Below are positions 53,253 to 63,400 of a stretch of 64,000 nt of DNA, in pieces. How positions within the stretch are numbered: the stretch's first letter is position 1; every line of letters starts with the position of its first letter. Under the pieces are notes generated by a model. That model was not told where the DNA came from. It made no database searches and saw nothing but the letters and a program-made list of their open reading frames with translations. The stretch spans positions 62,001 through 126,000 of the forward strand of contig JALMLS010000165.1 of assembly GCA_038496445.1 (NCBI GenBank). The letters run 5' to 3'. The translations under genes were made by a program, and so were the position numbers. The stretch comes from Trichosphaerium sp. ATCC 40318 (lineage: Eukaryota; Protista; Tubulinea).

Positions 53253-53785
53253 GAGAAGAAAATATAAAGATCATGTGTACAAAAAAACTTTTGGATGAAT
53301 AAATAAAAAAAAAATACAAAAAAAGTTTCTCAAACACAACTGTATTCGTTCAATCCTACTTTCCCCCACCCCACCGACTGAGCTTACGTTTCATTTCGCT
53401 TATAAAATGAGCAGTTTCAACACGTCAATCGTTTAGTAACAAAACTAGGTGTCTTCATAGCTGAAAATGTCTAAACAACACCTTGTCACTGCATATCTTT
53501 CGAGGATGGATATCTTTGAGGGCAAATAAGGCAACAAACTTTGTCACATACCAAAACTAGATTCAAAAGGGCTACTCACAGTTTTAAGTTTTCTGTACAA
53601 AAGGTTGTAGAACAATCCAGATTGAATACAAAAACATGAACGTATTTCTTATTTTTTTCTTACTTAATTATTCAAACTACATTGACTTTATTCTCATTAA
53701 CAAAGTCGTGAAGCGTGAAACACTACGCTATAAACCGTATATACACACTTTATTTTAGAGTATAGTGATACCTTGCACGTGACAG

Positions 53786-54454
53786 TTATGTAACAACAAA
53801 ATTACAGGTTTTTTCGATAGACATAAAAAAATCCAGGTTCATAAAGCACTTTCCCTTCTGGATCATCCCAAGGACGTGTTTCCTCTATCCTAGAGTATCC
53901 GTGCTTCTCGTAATAAGCGAATAAATGAGTGTTCTTCCATGCTACAGTGCATTGACTGTATTTACAACCACATTCTTTGCCCCTACGTTCTGCTTCTTGA
54001 ATGAGAGCCGTTCCGTAACCTCAAACGATTATTTAATCGCCTGTTATCTCGGTTTACTCACCTTTCTTGCGGTACTCCTCTCTGACAGCTAACATGCCTA
54101 TAATACACGTATATAAGAAGATTAAGAAGACGAAGAAGAGTTTTGTACCAAATTCGATTGTATGTCCTTGTATGTCTACTTTTACGCATCCTATTAGCTC
54201 TTTTGCTATTGGAAAGTAAGGTAGAGTGTGAGAAAAGGCGTTAAACCTTCGTTTAATGCTAGTATCATCTTTTTGTGTTTAACAAGTTCGCTCAGTTCTG
54301 TAGAGTCTGTTCTGTCTCCTTTCGTGAATATCTCGAATTCATACGCTTTATTGAGCAATATGACCAATTCAGAGACCTTAGCCTCTAAATGCGCCGTTAT
54401 ATAGCGTAAAAGTATGATTTATTACCAACCTGGAGCTTCACAAAACGCTAACAT
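53786..54454 (-). CDS. GNAT-family N-acetyltransferase
   Basis: LLNKAYE, IGCV, FGMLAVREEYRKKGYGTALIQEAE (motif A), LFAYYEKHGY. Confidence 0.85.
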
Positions 54455-54824
54455 GTTGAGTTTAGAAACGTGATTACTTATTTTTGGCCTTGATAGTCAA
54501 AATCCATGTGTACTGCAAGCGCTGATTTCCACCTCTTGAAAGGGTGTTGTATCACTGCTTTTGGCATTGCCGTAGACTCGAAGAATTGAGAGTTACCTTT
54601 TATGGTCTTGCTGAAACTATGCAAGGTACAGTCAACTCTCCATTCTAATAACAAATCCATATCTACGCATAAGTTGATTGTGATGTGCTAAGTTAAATAT
54701 AAACTATGACCGAACGTAAAAAATCACGTGCTCAACATGTTTTTTTTTCTTGATGTCTTCTTAACGACATACAAGATAATGAAAAGCATTATTTACTTAT
54801 TGACGTTTTGCTACAATGAACTCA

Positions 54825-56031
54825 TCAGAGATTAAGTGTGCACAAAGTCTTCAATCGTTCAAGCGAATCCAAGCCATTCTGCCCACGAAATAATCCAAGA
54901 TACTGGCTGAGCATCAGCTGGTTTTTTCTTCTTGACTGAATGATTGTATTGTTCGATGTCTTCACCGTGTTTTATGATTTTTTCTTCTGCCCAGCGTGCA
55001 ACACTGGAAAACAGTTCATGAACATTTACACCCTAATTTTTTCATTAATTAAAATTCAGTTGTTGGATTGGCATATACTCACCGTTTTGGAGCTGACTTC
55101 GTAATAAGGGCAGTTCCAGTACTCAGAAAGTTCAGCTATTTGTTTTGTGGATACTTGTCTTCTATCTGTCAGGTCACACTTTGCAGCAACGATTACAAAC
55201 TTAATCTAATCATGGTAAGTCAAGTGCTTTGTTTTTGTTCTGTTGAGGCGTCTTACTTTGGCTGCATCATCTTTTCCTATACATGTCTCTATCATTTCCT
55301 TGTACTGTTCGAGTACTTCAAATGATCTCTTTACTGTCACATCAAAAACCAAAAGAGCCACATCTGAACCTCTATAAAAAGCTACTTATGCAGAAAATTA
55401 GTTTTTTTTTTCCTTGTTAATGTCGTGCCTCCTGGCAATGAAAATCGTTCTCTCCCAGCGGTACTACATTATCGTAAGTAATAATAAACAATAAAGGCAC
55501 TTAATGTTTGGTATCACGTGAGTTAAAGGAGAAAATGACATGATTTAACAAGTCAAAAAGATTACAAAAAATTATCTTTATAGCGTTGTAAACTAACACT
55601 AAAAGCACTTACTCCCAAATTTGCAATAACAGATTTTCAACACTCTTGCCAGGTACAGTTTTAGACAACTACAAGTATTGAGAAGTAAACTCATAGCGAA
55701 CAAAATAGTTTGAATGTAAAAATAGCTTGAATTTAAAAATAGCTTAGAAGTAGCTTCTGATAGATGTTGTACAAAATCAGCGCCAATCGTATTTCTATGC
55801 GTTGAGAACCTTCCTTTCACATAGCGTTCCATTAAAGATGTTTTACCAACACCTAACCATAATGTAAGCTTTTCCTTTACAAATGCTTTATTTTTTGGTG
55901 TAAAGCACTTTCGTGCATGTTAAAGATAGTTTTACTTCGCACTTACCTGAATCACCAACAACAATTACCTTGGCAATTAACTTTGTCTTTCGACTCCCCG
56001 ATACTTGCCCTGTTTTTGAAGCTTTTGGCAT
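54825..56031 (-). CDS. Rab-family (Rab7-like) GTPase, divergent
   Basis: KVIVVGDSGVGKTSLM, TIGADF, LQIWDTAGRERF, FYRGSD, VAAKCD, TKSAPK. Confidence 0.8.
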
Positions 56032-56681
56032 CGTACTTTGGTTACGGGAGAAACAAATCTACTATGATGATTAAGTTTGTGCTTACAATAGACACTACAC
56101 TTACTTAATTGTTTGCGACTGAAGAGTTACACATTTCAAACACTTGGTTTAACTAGACATGGCTTTTATCAAGTCAATACCGACAATAGGGAGCTACGGT
56201 ATTTTGTACACGTGTTAGACCAATCCTCAATCCCAACAAAAGCTATTGCAAGACGATCTGGGAGGAAAGGAACACACTGCCCCTGACCGATAACTCTGGC
56301 ACAAAGCGAGTGTCTGGTTTATTTACATAACACGATCGCATGTGCATTGATAAATGAAGAAAACGATTTTTTTTTTTTTTTGAAATTGTAAAAAGGGCGG
56401 TTGTGGGCGGGTGATTTCTGCTTGCTATCGTATAAACTGCTTCGGTTGGTTGCTTGTCTTTGTTGGATCAGTCCAGCTTGTTCAAACGTCTGAAATATCT
56501 CACATGTTCAGACATTAAGTAATGAAATCACACTGATAAAATAGCTACCAGCTCTATGTGCTTGATTTGTGAACAAGTTCTAGCAATATCATCGCCTTAG
56601 TCCTAAAAGACAATATATTTATGGATAGTATAAGTGTTCTTTATTTACAGTTGTTGTGTTTTGTACAAGGTTGCCACATTG

Positions 56682-57029
56682 TTAGTTAAATATAGCAGCA
56701 GGAGGGCAGAAAACCTCTTTCACGACAAAATAGTCATCTGGAGCATCAGGATCATAGACGTGCTTCATCCCTTTACATCCTTTACACTTCCACCCATGTT
56801 CCCGCTTATCCATGAACTTGTGTTTGTGTAAATTACAGTACCAGTCTCCACATACTGAGCAATACCGAGGCTTCTTTCCTTGCCAGTCTTTTTTGTATTT
56901 AACTCTTCTATGGTTTTCTCCTACTACAATTCTATCGCATGCAGTACATACTGTATTTGCGTCAAACGGAGGTAGGTTAGGTATTATTTCTTCTCCTTTC
57001 TTTGGCTTGCGTCGCTTGGTTTCTGACAT
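56682..57029 (-). CDS. Small Cys/His zinc-finger protein
   Basis: Intronless; CxxC..CxxC-x4-CxxH..CxxC ligand pattern; basic N-terminus. Confidence 0.5.
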   Translation of the reverse strand: MSETKRRKPKKGEEIIPNLPPFDANTVCTACDRIVVGENHRRVKYKKDWQGKKPRYCSVCGDWYCNLHKHKFMDKREHGWKCKGCKGMKHVYDPDAPDDYFVVKEVFCPPAAIFN

Positions 57030-57806
57030 TGATTTGTTGTTGGACAGACGTGTGTTTCTTGTTGAGATAATGAATATCAAACTTAAAGACAGTTAAGTGT
57101 TTGTAGTGATGCGACACGTGAAGCTAATACACAGAAGTGGTCAATACGCTCACTTAGTTTGATGCCAACGTAGATGTCTGACAGCTTTAGAGGCAGACTT
57201 GAAGTTATTCCGCCTATTTAATACAGACATCATGAAAGTCTCTTTTCGTGTCAACTAGTGTACTACAGGTACCTGCTAGATCATAGATTTTGTTTACGCT
57301 GAGAGGATGCAAGACGTTAACACTAAGATAGACAATGTTATGAGAACAAACAGAAACAGTATTCCATAATGATTTACTGGTAGATTAGTTCTTATGATTG
57401 TAACCGACAGTAGGGGAAGCTGTTGGTACTAGCGCTGGAGGTAAACTTGGCATGTAATCTGGAGCGAATAGAATTGGCGTGAGTGACATAGTTTTTATCC
57501 AAAACTAGCGTCGATTAGACCAAAAAAGCACTGGTGAGCTTATTATAAGTAGTAACACACTAGCATTAGCCTTTGTAACTTACCTCCTCTACTGTGTTGG
57601 AAGTACCGCCATCACTTTTAAATTAGACCTACACCAGTACACCGTTAGAAATACAACGAAATAGTACGTACAAGGACCCTTGTTTTACAACCATAATTTA
57701 TACTTATTTACAATTTTCACAATCATGTTACTGAACATTTCGTTTGAATTCTCGCATTTTTTCGAACAAGCTCGAACAATAATTACACAGTTTGTTTTAA
57801 CCTTAA

Positions 57807-58680
57807 GGGGGCACGCTGAGATGTGCAGAAATTGTTCAAATCGGCTCAAATTTTCGTGCCTATATCTTTGACATGAGGGCTTTTGAAAAACCCAACTTTT
57901 AGCGTGTGCCTTTTTGTGACGTTTTTTTGTTGCAAAAGTTTTTTTTTCAAAAACGACTGCATTTTTTCAATCTTTCTGTTTAAAAGCACATTTGTTCAAA
58001 ACTACGTTACCCATAGCATCTACACACGTAGTACATGCTATGGGTACACTTTCAATAAAAGTCTCAATTTGAAAGCAAAAAAAAATAACGAATTTGCTCT
58101 ACACCACCTAAAATGCGTCTCCAAGTGGTGAAATAGCGGACGAATAGCTTTAAAAGTTGTTTCAAATCCGTGTAATTAAGGTCAAAAAGTTGAGAAAAAA
58201 AATGACATTTCGGGCTTTGAACTCAAGTAATCAATCTACACAGTTCGCTATCCTATTTTTTCAGCGTTTTACGCGATTTTAGATGGGTTTAAAGCCCGAA
58301 GATGCCCGTGGGGTTAAGGTCATTTCATTCTCAGCGTGCCTTAATCTACTTCGAGGGCCTAATGCCCAACACTTAAAACTATTAGTTCATATGAATTATT
58401 GGAGAACCAAAGATCCCTCAATAGACGCAAACTGTGATACCAGATCACAGTTTACTAGGCTAGGTAAGGTAATACTCAGTAAGAATTAATCACAATAAAA
58501 ATGTTACTAAACTTGCTGCCAATGGTCAACGAAAGTAATTGGTTCAAGGGCCTATAGGTACTATTCACGTGATTTAGTATATTTCACATGAATTCAGAAT
58601 TTGATCACGTTCAGGTGGCACATGTTACGAGATACGCTGCCAATGGTCAATGAAAGTAATCCATTCGAGGACGTGCCCCC
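57807..58680. mobile_element. Non-autonomous TIR DNA transposon (MITE-like), TTAA target site, Kolobok-like termini
   Basis: TTAA|GGGGGCACG at 57803-57815 and CGTGCCCCC|TTAA at 58672-58684; internal direct repeat gctgccaatggtcaa(c/t)gaaagtaat at ~58515 and ~58636; no transposase ORF. Confidence 0.65.
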
Positions 58681-58923
58681 TTAAACAATAGACTTGTTCA
58701 AAAGCAAAAGAGCTTTTTTTTTCATAGAAATTCCGTAAAAACGAAGTTTTCAAGTGTCTTTCTTCTAAACGAGAATAGTGGCATTTCACAGGCAAAAACC
58801 ACGATTTTTCGCATTTCATTAGACTAAATTTGAATGAAAACCAAGAACACCGGGATTTGAAAATAACTCATAAATCTAATAATGTACGTACTCGTTTTGT
58901 TGTTCAGGAGTTTTTGGTAATTC

Positions 58924-60078
58924 TTGTTTTTTTCGTACTTATGGCATTATTGTGTTGTACCCGCTAAACCAATATTTTGTAGAAAAAACCGGCGTAAGTG
59001 TCATCTAACGAAGCTTCCAAATGAGATACTGCTTGATATAGTAGATATGGACAGGGAAGTGTACCTTAAAATGCCACTTTTATCAAAAAAGACAGCAATA
59101 GCAACTAGATTCAATAGTGATTTGGTGAAACATTATAAGTGGGTCCAAGTAAGAAGGAAACGTAAATATTACATGCCCTGGTGGTACCAGACTTGTGAAT
59201 TTATCAAGGCCAAGCAATGTTACTATATAAATGGTACACTAGATGGAGAGTACAAAGAGTGGCTTGAGGATGGCGAAATACGTGTGCATTGCTGTTATGT
59301 TAATGGTAACATCGATGGAGAGTACAAAAAATGGTTCAATGATGGTGAATTGAGCAAACATTGTTTCTACACAAATGGTAAACTTCATGGAGAGTACAAA
59401 AAATTGTTCAACGATGGGAGATTGAGTATACATTGCTAGTATACAAACGGAAGCCTTGAAGGAGAGTACAAAAAATGGTTCAATGATGGTGAATTGAGCA
59501 TACATTGTTTCTACATAAATGGTAAACTACGCGGAGAATACAGAGAATGGTTCAAGGATAGGAAAATGAATGTGCATTGTTTCTATATAAACGGAGAGTT
59601 TGACGGAGAGTACAAACAATGGACCAGTGGTGGTACTTTGAGTCTACATTGTCACTATGTCAACGGTAACCTGGATGGAGAGTACACAAAATGGTTCATA
59701 GATGGTAAATTGAGTATACATTGCTTCTATACAAACGGATTACTTGATGGCACATACAAACTAAATTCCAAGAATGGGAAAATGAGAACACTTTGTTGCT
59801 ATCAACACGGAGACCTTGATGGGGAGTACAAAAAGTGGTATATTGGAAAGAGTGCTGATGGAACTTTGATCAGCCAGTGGCAGTATACCAATGGTAAATT
59901 TAAAGGCGAGTTCAAGCAGTGGTATTACTGTGGTACCTTGAAGAAACGATGTTTTTATGTGAACGGTAAACTTGAAGGAGAGTACAAAGAGTGGTCCAAA
60001 ATTGGCAAACTAACTAAGTTATGTTACTATTCAAATGGTAAACCAGGTGGAAAGTACAAAGACAAGACTTGTAGATGA
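58924..60078 (+). pseudogene. F-box-like + long MORN-variant repeat gene with one in-frame TAG
   Basis: LTKLPNEILLDIV..PLLSKKTAIATRF; ~12 repeats YINGxLDGEYKxWFxDG; same frame resumes after TAG 59437-59439; no clear ATG. Confidence 0.7.
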
Positions 60079-60179
60079 GTACACAAAAAATGAACATGAA
60101 ACTAAAAGCAAGAAAAACCGACTGTAATTGCGAAAGACTCATAAAAATTTTTGTCAATTGGTTTTGCTAGCTTCGACAC

Positions 60180-60310
60180 CTCTTAGCGACGGCGGTTAGT
60201 ATTAATTTTATTGCATTTGGGTACTACGCACTTGTATGTACGCAATTCTTTGGTAAGGTTGCCGGATGGCTTGAAGTTTGGCTTTTCTTTCTGGGACTTC
60301 GTCTTCCTAT
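60180..60310 (-). pseudogene. Possible SNIP1/DAWDLE-like fragment
   Basis: KEKPNFKPSGNLTKELRTYKCVVPK resembles the segment preceding the SNIP1 FHA domain; remainder broken. Confidence 0.3.
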
Positions 60311-62346
60311 GGCTTGTCTTCAAACATTTCCTTCAGAAGGTGAGCATTCTAGACTACTTATCGTGGCGATAAAATTGTTGATAGAAGTCGATTATATCAG
60401 CAGATGTAATAGTAAGCCAACCACTATCCGATAGTTGGGTGACAGTGGATTTTGAGGGTTTGGTTGTAAGTTCACGTGAAAAAAAAATTCAGCAGTAAAG
60501 TGTCCCCTTTTAAGTCTAGAGGCTATATACACCTAAATATAGCAAAAACTCCCAAGAAAACATTGTGCTCTCATGTCTCTGCACCTTCGGCTCATCAATT
60601 GCCGGCCCTTTGAATACAGAAATAAACTAGTTTTCAACACTAGTAACAAAGTAGTATTCCCACGCTATGACCCAAAAAAAAAAGAGGTGGTTTATACCAT
60701 CAACAAGTGCTAAAACACCAGATTACTATTATTATCAGCAAACTTGTTCACGTGTACCACGATGGTTCAAATCACGTTTTTACACTTTGCACATATCATG
60801 CAAAACCAAAAGACTCCACAAGTGGTGTTTGTTTGATTAGGTCTTGTCGACAGGTTGATTGCACTTGTTGGCAAGAGTTTTGTAAAATAAGGTCAGTGTT
60901 GACCAGTATTTGACCATTCAGGACTGCTTTGCGAGTTGACAACGATGGAAGGAGCTCCGGAAGTGGTTACTTGCAGGTACAACTATGTTACACCTTTGAA
61001 TACAGCAGAACAACACCGTTTTGCGTTAGTTCGGGCTGATTTTGCTTTTGTGCAGTTGGCGAGGCCCAAAATTTCCGTTTGGCCGTTGTAGTATTACAAA
61101 ACGATTTTCTAGTTGCCAAAATCGGCTTTTACAGCGTTTGATAACGACTTTTAGCATAAATTTTAAAGGATAATCACCAATTGGCGTGAAACTGTTTTGG
61201 AGTTCGATTTTACCCGAAATAACGTTCCCACAACAAAAACAATTCTTCAAAAAAAAAATCTGCATTTGCAGATTTAGCAACACTTGCTTTTTTTGGGTTT
61301 TCAATCGAAAACCGCACTCTGTATTCTATTGTGTGTTACAACCAAAGTACCCAAATAACTTTGATAAGACAATGGTTTCCACTAGTTTCACTAGTTTCTG
61401 CGACAGCCGCTTGTGTCAGGTCTTTTCTTCAGTCAAAACTCTTGAAGAGCGCTGTAGCAAAAGAAAAACTTATCATATATTTATACATTATTTATAAAGG
61501 CTACTTTGGTTGAACTGCACAATAGGTAACACTATCTCTAACGTATTTTTCTTCTTTTTTTTGACTCTGTATTCTTGGTTCAACTCTAACGCGTTATTCA
61601 CAGTTTTACACATGAGTTTATAATTATATATGGTGACTCAAAGGCTTATGTTGATAAATTTATGATTGAATTTCGAGAACACTTTCCGAACAAAACACAA
61701 CATGCTGAACTTTGTATGGACTCTAAAAAACTGAAAATTAGCTATAACCCAAAGCATGGTTCATATACTATTTCTAATATGAAATACAAATTCAGGGATG
61801 CAGTATCTATGCGAGCTAACAATGGTATATTTGTGTTAAAGTTTTTTGTTTCACAAGGATTTACTGTAACAAGTCAATCAGAAGCAAGGCTTACTAGCAG
61901 TAAGTATACTTTCATTAAAACAATCATGTGATCCCAGCAAGATGAAACGCTTGTTCAACCATGTTGGAGCAAAGAACAAATTGAAGTTATGTACTATGTT
62001 TACTTGTAATAAACAAACTTGTTTCTTTCTTTAACACAATTAAGAAAAATATGTCTTTCGCAGAACTCTTCAAATAGTCTTTTATGGTTGTTGCTCATGA
62101 CTGACACAATCGACCCTACCTTAATCGAGACAATACATTTCGTGTACAAGACAGCTTTGGCAAAAACTATAATGAAGCTTCTTATCATCTAGCATTTATG
62201 ACAGTAGAAATTGTATTTTACTGGCGTTTGATAAGCGAGGTATAGTTGTTTAAGTAACTAGGGTTTAACGAAAACAACTTTCGGCGAGTAGCGAGTCCTA
62301 AACAATGACAGATTACAGCGAAAAAAGTTTTTTAGTTTTATGTACA

Positions 62347-63017
62347 CAGGGGTGCTAGTCCCACTAATAAATGGGACAACGTCTCTGGCTACGTGACCAG
62401 TAGGGTCGAAGCCGGGATGATACAGGTTCTCTCCTCCAAATCTGTGGTTGCTTACAAACGGACGAGGAAATCTAACAGCTGTACATGCGCTCAATACCAA
62501 TTTCCCCCGTTGATTAATAGCGTTCACTGTGAAAATTATTGAGGATACGAAATATCGTCAGCTAGTTCATGGTTCATATTCATACTTGGGTTATAGTGAA
62601 CCAGTCAAAGTATGGAGGGTACGTCTATAATCCGTTTATTGCAATCGAACGGACTTTTTGTTCTCTTATTTAGTACGAAATAGTTGTAGCACCCTTGAGG
62701 CTTATACATTACATGAAACAAAATTTCTTACTTTCGAAACAACTTTCTTCTCTACTTTACTTTACTTTTATTTGTCTGCGTTGCACTGAACGACCCAATC
62801 GTAGGCTGGCGTACATTGGAACTAGCCAAGGGTTTACATAGGAGTTGCACCTACCGCTCTCAACGCGGGAAGAGCAGGACGCCTCCTACTAGGTTAACTA
62901 TTTGGCATTGAGTCCTTACAGACCGTAACAGAGGACCGTAATTGTGTGGGTGTGACCCAGCCGCCCTGAGAATGATTGTGTCAAGCTGAAAAAGCTGACT
63001 AGGTTCGTAGAAAGTTG
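62347..63017 (+). ncRNA. Candidate large structured RNA of unknown class (two domains, pseudoknot)
   Basis: Locally GC-rich, no credible ORF, more than 12 nested complementary segments including long-range closing helices; G-U pairs favour the + strand. Confidence 0.5.
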
Positions 63018-63289
63018 GAATAATGTTTGACTTGAGTTTGGTATTCAGAGCGCATAAGCGACATTCCTATATACTTTTCTAACTTGTTGTTTGGTATATG
63101 GATTCTACCATATCTGATGTTTCGAAGTCTTCGATCATCTGTACTTGTAAGTCACACCTTTCAATTTTAGGGTTTTTTTGAGATACTATTTGTTTATGTA
63201 CATTCAGCTCGGATAGTATTAATTGTCTTCTGAGACTCAACCAGGTAAACATGATACACAATAAACAACACCTCTTTACAACGAATAGC

Positions 63290-63400
63290 AGAATTTCAGG
63301 CTGGATACAAGTGTGCTGCTACTATTGTATCTAATGTACTAATTGATAGCAATGGAGATATAAGCCATCTAGGTAAAAACGCTGAAAGGCGTGATGAATA
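63290..63400 (+). pseudogene. Possible fragment of a third ependymin-like paralog
   Basis: WIQVC../IVSNVLIDSNGDISHL vs WIQAC..VISHVALDKNGDISSI in the 37559 gene. Confidence 0.3.

Noticed and set aside
59437-59439. In-frame TAG suggesting stop-codon reassignment or readthrough
   Set aside because: TAG, TAA and TGA all terminate conserved genes here (PARG TAG, Arf TAA, GST TGA); a nonsense mutation is simpler
59290-59760. Regular 69-bp repeats resembling a CRISPR array
   Set aside because: They are codon-phased MORN repeats without unique spacers; no cas genes
60998-61327. Possible Tc1/mariner-type MITE (TA-CAG...CTG-TA)
   Set aside because: Inverted match does not extend beyond ~8 bp; insufficient support
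62258-63017. Identity as telomerase RNA, RNase P/MRP, group I intron or Fanzor omega-RNA
   Set aside because: No template upstream of the pseudoknot on the same strand, no convincing P4 or P7 consensus, and no RuvC/TnpB-like ORF nearby
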